Shown here one piece after another: positions 55,631-63,339 of a stretch of 64,000 bases of DNA (position 1 is the stretch's first letter; every line of letters starts with the position of its first letter). A model generated the notes under the pieces. That model was not told the DNA's origin, did not search any database, and saw only the letters and a program-made list of their open reading frames with translations. Location: positions 160,001 to 224,000 of the IMG/VR virus record IMGVR_UViG_3300045988_170943, one strand, 5' to 3'. This DNA comes from a virus. Both the position numbers and the translations under genes were made by a program.

Positions 55631-56785
55631 CTACTCAATGACGACTGTGCTCGTGTCCTTAGGGCGGTCGTGGACGTCCCATCCTTCAAACCCAATAGTG
55701 ACATGGTAGTCATATTTCGGCAGGCCAAGTGACTCACGGATCTGGTCGGCCTGTGGGCACGTGGCGACAACATACCATGTCTCCTTCGCGCGACTCCCCC
55801 TCCCTCTGCTGATGGTTCCGATGCCGCCGAGAGTGAAGTCCAAGTCGTGACCCCTGAACGCCTCACGCACCTTGTCAAGTCCGACCTGCTGCATCTCTGA
55901 TGGCCTGACAACAGTGATGTGGCGGCCGCTGTCTCGGTCACGACGGACCCGGTTGTCCGCTAGACGTTTGGCGTTCTCTTCACCGACGTACCGAGCCCAT
56001 GCTTTCAGCCTGGATTCCATGGCCTCATCCGGGAGGGCGACTGATGCGTACTGACCTCCGACATTCATCTCCACTGGTAGGGCGCCTGTCTGTGTCGCGT
56101 TGGGGCCACTGACCTGCTGTTGCGGGAAGTCATCGTAGTCATAGGATCTGCTCTCGTGGTCGAGGACGATTGCCTGTCTGGCAAAACCGTTCAGGGATTC
56201 GTCATCATCTAGCAGCGTGCGCATGATGTCCAGGTTGCTTCCAGCGTCCATGATGTTTGCGTCGCCACCGTAGAATTTCTTGACCTCATCGGCCGTGTGC
56301 ACCCCGTATGCATCCAGGTAGACGCCCGGCTGCCTGGTGGTGACCATGACGTGCGCGATCTGGCTGGTGTCACCAGGGTTGGCCTCCAGGTGTGCATCCA
56401 GCCTGTCACTGGTATCTAGGTCATAGGTGACGAACACGGGACGCCTGGTTGGGTCCTTCCTGATGATGGCTGCCGCGAGGTCCCCACATAGCCCGTTGGC
56501 GAGCGCGTACCGGTTCCTGGGGTCGGCAAGATCTCCGTCACGCATCCTCATTGTGCCCCACAGGCTGGTCGGGACATCCACGAACCTACCTGCCCCACTG
56601 ATACCGCCCGTGGTCGGGGTATGATCAATGGTCTGTGTGAGGTCAGTGCGGAGACCTCTCCTTTTGAGGTCGTTGTACTGGCGAGCCTCTTCCATGGAGG
56701 TGAACTGGGGACCGAACGGACATCGCCCCAGTTTCGCCTCGCACGGGCCGGAGACCCCTTGGGTATTGGTGTGGATGAGTGTCAT
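55631..56785 (-). CDS. protein with a C-terminal 2H phosphoesterase (LigT/CPDase-like) domain and an uncharacterised N-terminal domain
   Basis: Two H-x-T-x motifs, RHITVVRP and YHVTIGF, about 75 aa apart at the C-terminus. Convergent with the Pnk-like gene. Confidence 0.55.
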   Translation of the reverse strand: MTLIHTNTQGVSGPCEAKLGRCPFGPQFTSMEEARQYNDLKRRGLRTDLTQTIDHTPTTGGISGAGRFVDVPTSLWGTMRMRDGDLADPRNRYALANGLCGDLAAAIIRKDPTRRPVFVTYDLDTSDRLDAHLEANPGDTSQIAHVMVTTRQPGVYLDAYGVHTADEVKKFYGGDANIMDAGSNLDIMRTLLDDDESLNGFARQAIVLDHESRSYDYDDFPQQQVSGPNATQTGALPVEMNVGGQYASVALPDEAMESRLKAWARYVGEENAKRLADNRVRRDRDSGRHITVVRPSEMQQVGLDKVREAFRGHDLDFTLGGIGTISRGRGSRAKETWYVVATCPQADQIRESLGLPKYDYHVTIGFEGWDVHDRPKDTSTVVIE

Positions 56786-56939
56786 AACAGGAATCTCCTT
56801 TAGGTTTCAACCCCTGTTGCTCGCCTCGCAGTCGTGTTGACTTGAGATATATCCTCTCATTGTGGCATTAGTCCTGGACTCTTGTCAACACCCTCAACCA
56901 CCTGGGTGGATACGGAAACTCACGACGTCGCCATAGCTT

Positions 56940-57650
56940 TTGTTGAACATTCACCTCAGCGATATTTTGTACGATTCACATAATTTTCAGAATGGAGAAG
57001 GAACATTGTCCCAGCAGGACCAGATGCCGGAAGAGGATAGTTTGGCAGATGGCGACACCATTGATAATGTCACCACTGTTGACCTGACAGAGGGGGAGAT
57101 TAGGGAAAGGGCCAATGACCTTCTCAGTATGGCCCAGCAGTTGCACGACCAGTACATCACGAACGCCAAGCGTGAAGCGTCAGTCACAGTGAAGTCGGCA
57201 CAGACTGAGGCTGATTACATGCTCCGGGAGGCCGAGATGAAGGCTGAGCGTATCGTCAACGAGGCTCGGGCGGATGCTGAACGTATCCTGGACAATTTGG
57301 AGACGCGCAAACAGGCCCTTCTGGGGGATGTCGCAAAACTCCAGACGTTCGAGTCTCAGTATCGGAGCAGGTTACTGGCTCTGGTATCTGAGGCTGCTGA
57401 GACACTGGAGGTGGATGCGCTTATTGACAACGACAATGGGGTCGAAGACGGCGGTGGCAATTCTGCTGCTGACTCACCCGTAGCGAAGGACCTGCCAGAC
57501 GGGGAGGATGTTTCGGAGACCGTGCCTCTTGGGGGCGCCCTAAGCGAGATGGACGTGCCTCCTGTCGCCGACTATGTGTCTGCTGACAGTGACTCCGTAG
57601 AGGACGAGGCGGACGGTTCGACGGCAGGTGGTGTTCTCATGGTGGAGTAG
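56940..57650 (+). CDS. DivIVA/Wag31 C-terminal coiled-coil-like protein lacking the canonical N-terminal DivIVA domain
   Basis: LSMAQQLHDQYITNAKREAS...ADAERILDNLETRKQALLGDVAKLQTFESQYRSRLLALVSEAAETLE parallels the C-terminal half of actinobacterial Wag31. The start position is uncertain. Confidence 0.4.
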   Translation: MLNIHLSDILYDSHNFQNGEGTLSQQDQMPEEDSLADGDTIDNVTTVDLTEGEIRERANDLLSMAQQLHDQYITNAKREASVTVKSAQTEADYMLREAEMKAERIVNEARADAERILDNLETRKQALLGDVAKLQTFESQYRSRLLALVSEAAETLEVDALIDNDNGVEDGGGNSAADSPVAKDLPDGEDVSETVPLGGALSEMDVPPVADYVSADSDSVEDEADGSTAGGVLMVE

Positions 57651-57726
57651 TGTTGGCTTTTGTTGGTATTCCGGGGTTCAGAATGGTTCCTGAGCCCCGG
57701 TTTTCTTGCTCCTGGAGGGTTAGGGG

Positions 57727-57755
57727 TTTCAATGTTCGTGTTGTGCTGATATAAT
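57727..57755 (+). promoter_or_regulatory. promoter of the NAD salvage operon (extended -10 TGATATAAT)
   Basis: TGATATAAT at 57747..57755 with a weak -35-like TTTCAA at about 57727. Confidence 0.45.
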
Positions 57756-57766
57756 AGATGCAAGAG

Positions 57767-57787
57767 TAAAGGTCAAAGTGACCTTTA
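57767..57787. promoter_or_regulatory. perfect palindromic operator TAAAGGTCA-AAG-TGACCTTTA, candidate NrtR binding site
   Basis: Perfect 9-bp arms separated by 3 nt, positioned 12 nt downstream of the -10 and 35 nt upstream of pncB. The Nudix-type regulator gene nrtR is in the same operon. Confidence 0.5.
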
Positions 57788-57821
57788 CTGGTTCGGGTGA
57801 GATAACGACAGGAAGACAACT

Positions 57822-59126
57822 ATGGAGACTACCGCTTTCCTCACAGACAAGTACGAAGTGACGATGCTCCAAGCCATGCTTCGTGCTGGCCGGGCGGACC
57901 ACAGAGCAGTCTTTGACCTGTTCGCCCGCCGCCTGCCTAAGGGTCGCCGGTACGGGGTCGTTGGTGGAGTCGGCCGCGTCGTCAAGGCGGTCAAGAACTT
58001 CAGGTTCACAAATGAGCAGATCGCCTACCTTGAGGCCGACCCGATCATTGATGAGGCGACAGTCAGATACCTCCGCGACTACAAGTTCCGCGGCATCATC
58101 GTCGGCCAGCCGGAAGGATCCCTGTACTTCCCGAACACCCCCATTCTCACGGTTATTGGCACGTTCGTTGACTGTGTGCTGCTGGAGACGCTGCTGCTGT
58201 CCATCATGAACCACGACAGTGCGGTCATGTCTGCTGCCAGCCGAATGGTGACCGCCGCCGAGGGTATACCCATGATCGAGATGGGATCCAGGCGCACCAG
58301 TGAGACCAGCGCCGTCGCCGCAACCAGGGCCGCCTATATCGCTGGGTTCAATGCGACCAGCAACCTTCAGGCCGGGCACCTGTACCAGATCCCCACGACC
58401 GGGACCAGCGCCCACGCCTACACGCTCGCTTATGGGCCGGACGGTGAGGAGCAGTCCTTCTACGACCAGATGGTAGCGCTCGGCACAGGCACCACGATCC
58501 TGGTTGACACCTACAACATTCCTGAGGGTATCCGGCGAGCCGTCCACGCCGCCAACGCCCTGGGTGCCAGCGGGCCAGGAGGGATCCGCATCGACTCTGG
58601 TGACCTGCATGAGGAGGCCGTCAATGCCAGGACGCTACTAGACTCCTTGGGGGCTATAGACACGAAGATCGTGCTCTCATCTGACATCGACGAGTACACG
58701 ATCTCAGAGATGAAGGAGCGTGGAACACCGGTTGACGCTGTGGGGGCGGGCACTAGGGTTGTCACTGGCTCTGGTGCCCCGACGGCGGAGATGGTGTACA
58801 AGTTGGTGCAGATCAACGATACGCCGGTGTCGAAGCGGGCTGAGGGGAAGGTCTCTACTGGTGGTATCAAGGTCACCTACCGTGAGTTCCATGAGGATGG
58901 GACCATGGCTGGTGAGTTCTTCAAGGTCGGGGCCACTAGCGCCCCGTTCACCAGTGGACAGCACCCCACCCAGGTTCTTCTTGTGGATGGGCAGAGCGGC
59001 TACTTTCACCAGGAGGACATTGAGGTGTCTCGGGCTCGTCACAAGGAGCAGGTTGCGTACCTGCCTGAGAGTGCGCGCCTGATCCTCGCTGGTGATGCCG
59101 CGTTCACCGCTCAGCAGGCAGACTGA
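57822..59126 (+). CDS. pncB: nicotinate phosphoribosyltransferase
   Basis: 434 aa with the NAPRTase family layout. Conserved N-terminal YEVTMLQAMLRAG. Central and C-terminal PRTase barrel motifs. Confidence 0.8.
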   Translation: METTAFLTDKYEVTMLQAMLRAGRADHRAVFDLFARRLPKGRRYGVVGGVGRVVKAVKNFRFTNEQIAYLEADPIIDEATVRYLRDYKFRGIIVGQPEGSLYFPNTPILTVIGTFVDCVLLETLLLSIMNHDSAVMSAASRMVTAAEGIPMIEMGSRRTSETSAVAATRAAYIAGFNATSNLQAGHLYQIPTTGTSAHAYTLAYGPDGEEQSFYDQMVALGTGTTILVDTYNIPEGIRRAVHAANALGASGPGGIRIDSGDLHEEAVNARTLLDSLGAIDTKIVLSSDIDEYTISEMKERGTPVDAVGAGTRVVTGSGAPTAEMVYKLVQINDTPVSKRAEGKVSTGGIKVTYREFHEDGTMAGEFFKVGATSAPFTSGQHPTQVLLVDGQSGYFHQEDIEVSRARHKEQVAYLPESARLILAGDAAFTAQQAD

Positions 59127-59167
59127 CACACCCCAACCCATAGGATCTGAGAAAAAGAGGTGCAGTT

Positions 59168-60679
59168 ATGAAGGTAGCAGTAGGACAGATCAACCCGCTC
59201 ACTGGGGACTGGGATGGCAACGCGGACAGGATTATTGCTGCTGCCAGCAGTATAGATCAGGCGTGGTTCCGTGGCAGCGAGCCGGTTCTTGTGCTCCCAA
59301 GGTTCGCTCTATCTGGCACAGGGTTGGGTGACATGACTGGTAGTCCTGACATGGTGAAGGGTATGCGGGCCGCTGAGACGAAGATTGCCGTCAGCGTGCC
59401 CGCGTGGTTGACAGTTGTCTATGGGACTGTGAGCCCGCTGGGTGTTGAAGAGGTCATTGTGGCCCGTGCGGGGGTGGTGAAGCGTCTGGCGGGTGATGGA
59501 ACATCGAATCTGGTGTCACTGGGTGAGGACTGGGTTCAGATCGTTCTGGAGGGGAAGGGGGTCAACTACAAGGATGTGACAGAGGAGAACCTTATTGTTC
59601 TGGCTGCTGATCCTTACACGCCTGATGCCATTGGGGAGCGTGTGAAACGGGTGGATGATCTCATGTGGGCGACCTGGTGCCGTAATGCTGTCTATGTGAA
59701 TCTTGTGGGTGGTCAGGATGAACTTGTCTATGATGGTATGTCCCTGATTATGGACCGTAATGGGGCGGTCGTGGATCATCTGCCGCGTTTTGAGGAGGAG
59801 GTCAGGTTTGTGGACACTGACGCCTTGGTTGCGGGTAGACGCTGCGATCTGGCCCGTGATGAGGTTGCTGACACGTACCGGGCTATCGTCCTGGGTGTTC
59901 GGGACTATGCTCGACGTAACCAGATGGGGAAGGTGGTGCTTGGTGCTTCTGGTGGTATCGACAGCGCCTTGGTTCTGACGATTGCTGCTGACGCCATTGG
60001 GGCGGAGAATGTGATCGGTATCTCTATGCCTAGCGAGTATTCTTCCCAGCACTCCCAGGATGATGCGGAGGAGTTGATGCGCCGTTTGGAGGGTGAGTTC
60101 CGTAAGGTGCCTATCGCCCCGATGGTTGACGTCTTCCAGGATGCGCTCGCACTGGACGGGGTTGCTGAGGAGAACCTTCAGGCTCGTGTGCGTGGCGTCA
60201 TTGTGATGGGGGTTGCAAACACGGAGAACGCCCTGCTGCTAGAGCCTGGTAACGCCTCAGAAGCGGCCGTGGGGTATGCGACGATCTATGGTGACACGGT
60301 TGGGGGTTACGCTCCAATCAGTGACGTGTACAAGACGGATGTGTACCGGCTGGCGGCCTGGAGGAATACGCTCCCTGACTCGCCAATCCCTGAGTCAACG
60401 ATGATGAAGGCCCCAAGTGCGGAACTGCGCCCTGGGCAGGTGGACTCTGACTCTCTGCCGGACTATGAGGTACTGGATGCTGTACTGCGGGACATGTTTG
60501 AGGGCGGGCTGGAGTTTGACCGTGACGCCTTGTACGCCCACCATGATAAGGATGTGGTTGACTTGGTGCTGTGGAAGGTGCGTACCGCTGAGTGGAAACG
60601 TCGCCAGACAGCGTTCGGCCCTAGAGTGTCATCGTACTCGTTCGCCCACGACCGGCGAGTACCAGTGAGTCGAGCGTGA
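59168..60679 (+). CDS. nadE: NAD+ synthetase (NadE) with a degenerate N-terminal nitrilase-like domain
   Basis: PP-loop VVLGASGGIDSALV. NadE C-terminal motifs (AVGYATIYGD, YKTDVYRLAAW). The about 235-aa N-terminal CN-hydrolase-like domain lacks an obvious Glu-Lys-Cys triad. Confidence 0.75.
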   Translation: MKVAVGQINPLTGDWDGNADRIIAAASSIDQAWFRGSEPVLVLPRFALSGTGLGDMTGSPDMVKGMRAAETKIAVSVPAWLTVVYGTVSPLGVEEVIVARAGVVKRLAGDGTSNLVSLGEDWVQIVLEGKGVNYKDVTEENLIVLAADPYTPDAIGERVKRVDDLMWATWCRNAVYVNLVGGQDELVYDGMSLIMDRNGAVVDHLPRFEEEVRFVDTDALVAGRRCDLARDEVADTYRAIVLGVRDYARRNQMGKVVLGASGGIDSALVLTIAADAIGAENVIGISMPSEYSSQHSQDDAEELMRRLEGEFRKVPIAPMVDVFQDALALDGVAEENLQARVRGVIVMGVANTENALLLEPGNASEAAVGYATIYGDTVGGYAPISDVYKTDVYRLAAWRNTLPDSPIPESTMMKAPSAELRPGQVDSDSLPDYEVLDAVLRDMFEGGLEFDRDALYAHHDKDVVDLVLWKVRTAEWKRRQTAFGPRVSSYSFAHDRRVPVSRA

Positions 60680-60789
60680 GTGCCATGGAACCTATAAAAC
60701 CAGCAAAAGCGACCACATGGCAGAAACCAGTGAAAGGCCCTGGGGAGACAACACCTGGGCAGAGAATCTACAACAAGGGAGACGAGCAC

Positions 60790-61416
60790 ATGAGTGTACA
60801 GAACAGCAGGAAGACCGGGCGAGCACTGATCGTCGTTGACGTCCAGAACGACTTCGTGGAGGGCGGTGCGCTCGCCGTCACCGGAGGCAATGACCTGGCG
60901 GCACGTATCGCCGTCCTCTTGAAGGACCCAGATTTCATGGGACGCTACGATCAGATCATCCTCACCCGCGACTGGCACATCGACCCCGGCAGCCACTTCT
61001 CTGACTCCCCAGACTACGTTAAATCCTGGCCTGTTCACTGCGTCGCCGGGACACCTGGGGCAGCCTTCGTTGACCCTCTTGAGCAGGCCCGCCACGGCAT
61101 CAAGGTCACCATTGTAGACAAGGGTATGTTTGACGACGCCTACTCCGGGTTTCAGGGCATCACCTCTTTCAGTACGCCACTGGCAGGGTTCCTTCGTAGC
61201 AGGGGCGTCAAGGCTGTGGATGTTGTGGGTATCGCCACTGACTACTGCGTGAAAGCAACCGCCCTGGACGCAGCGCGCGAGGGGTTCGACACCACTGTCA
61301 TCGCCAGCCTGTGTGTTGGCATCAACCCGGACAGCATCACACAGGCCCTAAAGGTGGACCTGCCAGCCGCCGGAGTGAACGTCACGGACACCATTCCAAC
61401 TGAGGGCGCGGTATGA
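60790..61416 (+). CDS. pncA: nicotinamidase/pyrazinamidase (isochorismatase family)
   Basis: ALIVVDVQNDFVEGGALAV signature. Start at MSVQN after AGGGAG. Stop overlaps the nrtR frame. Confidence 0.75.
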   Translation: MSVQNSRKTGRALIVVDVQNDFVEGGALAVTGGNDLAARIAVLLKDPDFMGRYDQIILTRDWHIDPGSHFSDSPDYVKSWPVHCVAGTPGAAFVDPLEQARHGIKVTIVDKGMFDDAYSGFQGITSFSTPLAGFLRSRGVKAVDVVGIATDYCVKATALDAAREGFDTTVIASLCVGINPDSITQALKVDLPAAGVNVTDTIPTEGAV

Positions 61417-61472
61417 CAGGATCCCAGCCAGTGGTGTACAATCAGAACAGGCCAACAGCAGAAGGATCACAC

Positions 61473-62240
61473 ATGAGTAACCTTGACTACGAGCAGGCAG
61501 ATACGGAAGAGGAGTTCCTGAAGGAATACGACCTCAAGAACTTCCCCAGCGTGGGTTTAACGGTGGACCTTCTCATCTTCACTATCCGTGACGGACGACT
61601 GTCCCTGCTGCTCATCCGCCGTGGGGCCCACCCAGAGAAGGGTAAGTGGGCTCTACCAGGCGGGTTCGTGAATACCACAGAATCGTTGGATGAGGCGGCA
61701 GCCCGCGAACTCACGGAAGAGACAGGCCTGGAGATGGCTGGGTACCTGGAGCAGTTACGCACCTATGGGTACCCTGGGCGTGACAAGAGGGGTTTCATCG
61801 CCTCCACCGCATATGTGGCCCTCGTCCCAAATGCCAGCACTCCGCACGCTGGCGACGACGCGGCAGATGCCCACTTCTTCGCTGTCGAGGATGTTCTGGG
61901 TGACGAGGATGGTGTGGAGTTCGATCTCGCGTTTGATCACCGCGACATCATAGTGGATGGCCTGGAGCGGGTGCGCGCAAAGATCGAGTACGCGCCCGTT
62001 GCACACAAGTTCCTCTCTGGGGAGACGTTCACTATCCCAGAGATCCGTAAGGTGTACGAGATCATCTGGGGGCGGGAACTGAACGCCTCGAACTTCCGGC
62101 GTAAGATGCTGTCTACACCAGGTCTGCTGGAGTCGGTGGGTGAGAAGAACCGGGATAACCCATGGCGTCCCTCTCACCTGTATCGGGCCGGTGAGGCGAC
62201 CGAGATCTTCCCGCCTCTTCAACGTAACCGCATCAAGTGA
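61473..62240 (+). CDS. nrtR: NrtR-type Nudix-related transcriptional regulator (Nudix domain + C-terminal winged helix)
   Basis: Intact Nudix box GGFVNTTESLDEAAARELTEETGL (Gx5Ex7REUxEExGU). C-terminal region typical of NrtR (TFTIPEIRKVYEIIWGRELNASNFRRKM). Confidence 0.65.
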   Translation: MSNLDYEQADTEEEFLKEYDLKNFPSVGLTVDLLIFTIRDGRLSLLLIRRGAHPEKGKWALPGGFVNTTESLDEAAARELTEETGLEMAGYLEQLRTYGYPGRDKRGFIASTAYVALVPNASTPHAGDDAADAHFFAVEDVLGDEDGVEFDLAFDHRDIIVDGLERVRAKIEYAPVAHKFLSGETFTIPEIRKVYEIIWGRELNASNFRRKMLSTPGLLESVGEKNRDNPWRPSHLYRAGEATEIFPPLQRNRIK

Positions 62241-62577
62241 TCTGAGAGGCCATAGCGAGTACAGAATCGGGTGGGCCGCATTGGTAGCATCATCTACTAC
62301 CAATGCGGCCCACTTTCCGTTGTCCTGTTACTCCACCCACACCTGGACCTTATCAACATCTGTGGATAAACCTGTGGACGGTTTCATGTAAGGTGTCCGT
62401 CACCAGTAGACACACTCAGGCACAGGAATAGTTCGAGGAGCGCTGTTCACCTGATGCGGTAGTAGTGGCCTACATTCACATGATCGCGCATGGCACTCAC
62501 CGCGAGTCCCAGAGACGACACCGCTGACTCCGCAACCAGAGCCCCCATTGTAAATGCCCAGATGAAGTCAGTCACAG

Positions 62578-63339
62578 TCACGACCCGCTCACCTCGTTCC
62601 TCATTATCTCGGCCATGTGTTCCAGGATCAGCCCCACCGGCCCTGTCACCTCATCCTCATCATTGCGGACAACCAGGTCGAAACAGTGATCATCCAGGGC
62701 TGTCTCGGAGGCATGTGACTGCATGTGGTGGTAGTACCAAGGCGGTGCTGGTGGCTGCCCTGGACGGTCCCTGGCGTCGAGGCGGGCGTTACGGACGTGA
62801 ATGTCCGCCTCGATACGAACTAGTGTCCCGCTGTTGTTCCTGATGTAGGCGGCCTCGTCTGGGAAGCGCACGTCGGTCACCACCACTGAGTCCCCGCCAG
62901 TCATGATTCTGTCTACCTCTTGGGCCAGCAGGTCGATCCAGTATGACGGGTTGCTGGCTTTGCGGACGTTCGTGCCCCAGTATTGGAATGCTTCACGTCG
63001 CCTAGATGTCTTCTCCCCGTTCAAGACCATCTCTCGCCCGTTCTCCAGTACGTCCAGGAAGATGGTGTCTGCGATGTGTGTCGCCTCGTCCTGTGTGCAT
63101 CCTGTGGCTGCCATGATGTCCTTGGCTGCGTCGCCTGGGTCGAAGTCGTGCTGGTCCATGATCTGAATCAGATGGGAGACCTCGTTCTTGAGTCCTGCCG
63201 CGAAAGATACTGTGGCGGTGCTGGTCTTATGGGGTAGACGTGGTGCCAGGTGTGTGGCCACTGTGTCCTTACCGGCTGCCATCTTTCCAGACAGTCCGAT
63301 CAGGACAGGGGTCTTCTCTTGTGTGGGGGTGTCTGTCAT
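62578..63339 (-). CDS. deoxynucleoside monophosphate kinase, phage T4 gp1-like
   Basis: Start at MTDTPTQ. P-loop VLIGLSGKMAAGKDTVA (compare T4 LIFLSGVKRSGKDTTA). Co-linear matches further on (REAFQYWGTNV, YWIDLLAQEV, VVTDVRFPDE, LVVRNDEDE). Confidence 0.65.
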   Translation of the reverse strand: MTDTPTQEKTPVLIGLSGKMAAGKDTVATHLAPRLPHKTSTATVSFAAGLKNEVSHLIQIMDQHDFDPGDAAKDIMAATGCTQDEATHIADTIFLDVLENGREMVLNGEKTSRRREAFQYWGTNVRKASNPSYWIDLLAQEVDRIMTGGDSVVVTDVRFPDEAAYIRNNSGTLVRIEADIHVRNARLDARDRPGQPPAPPWYYHHMQSHASETALDDHCFDLVVRNDEDEVTGPVGLILEHMAEIMRNEVSGS

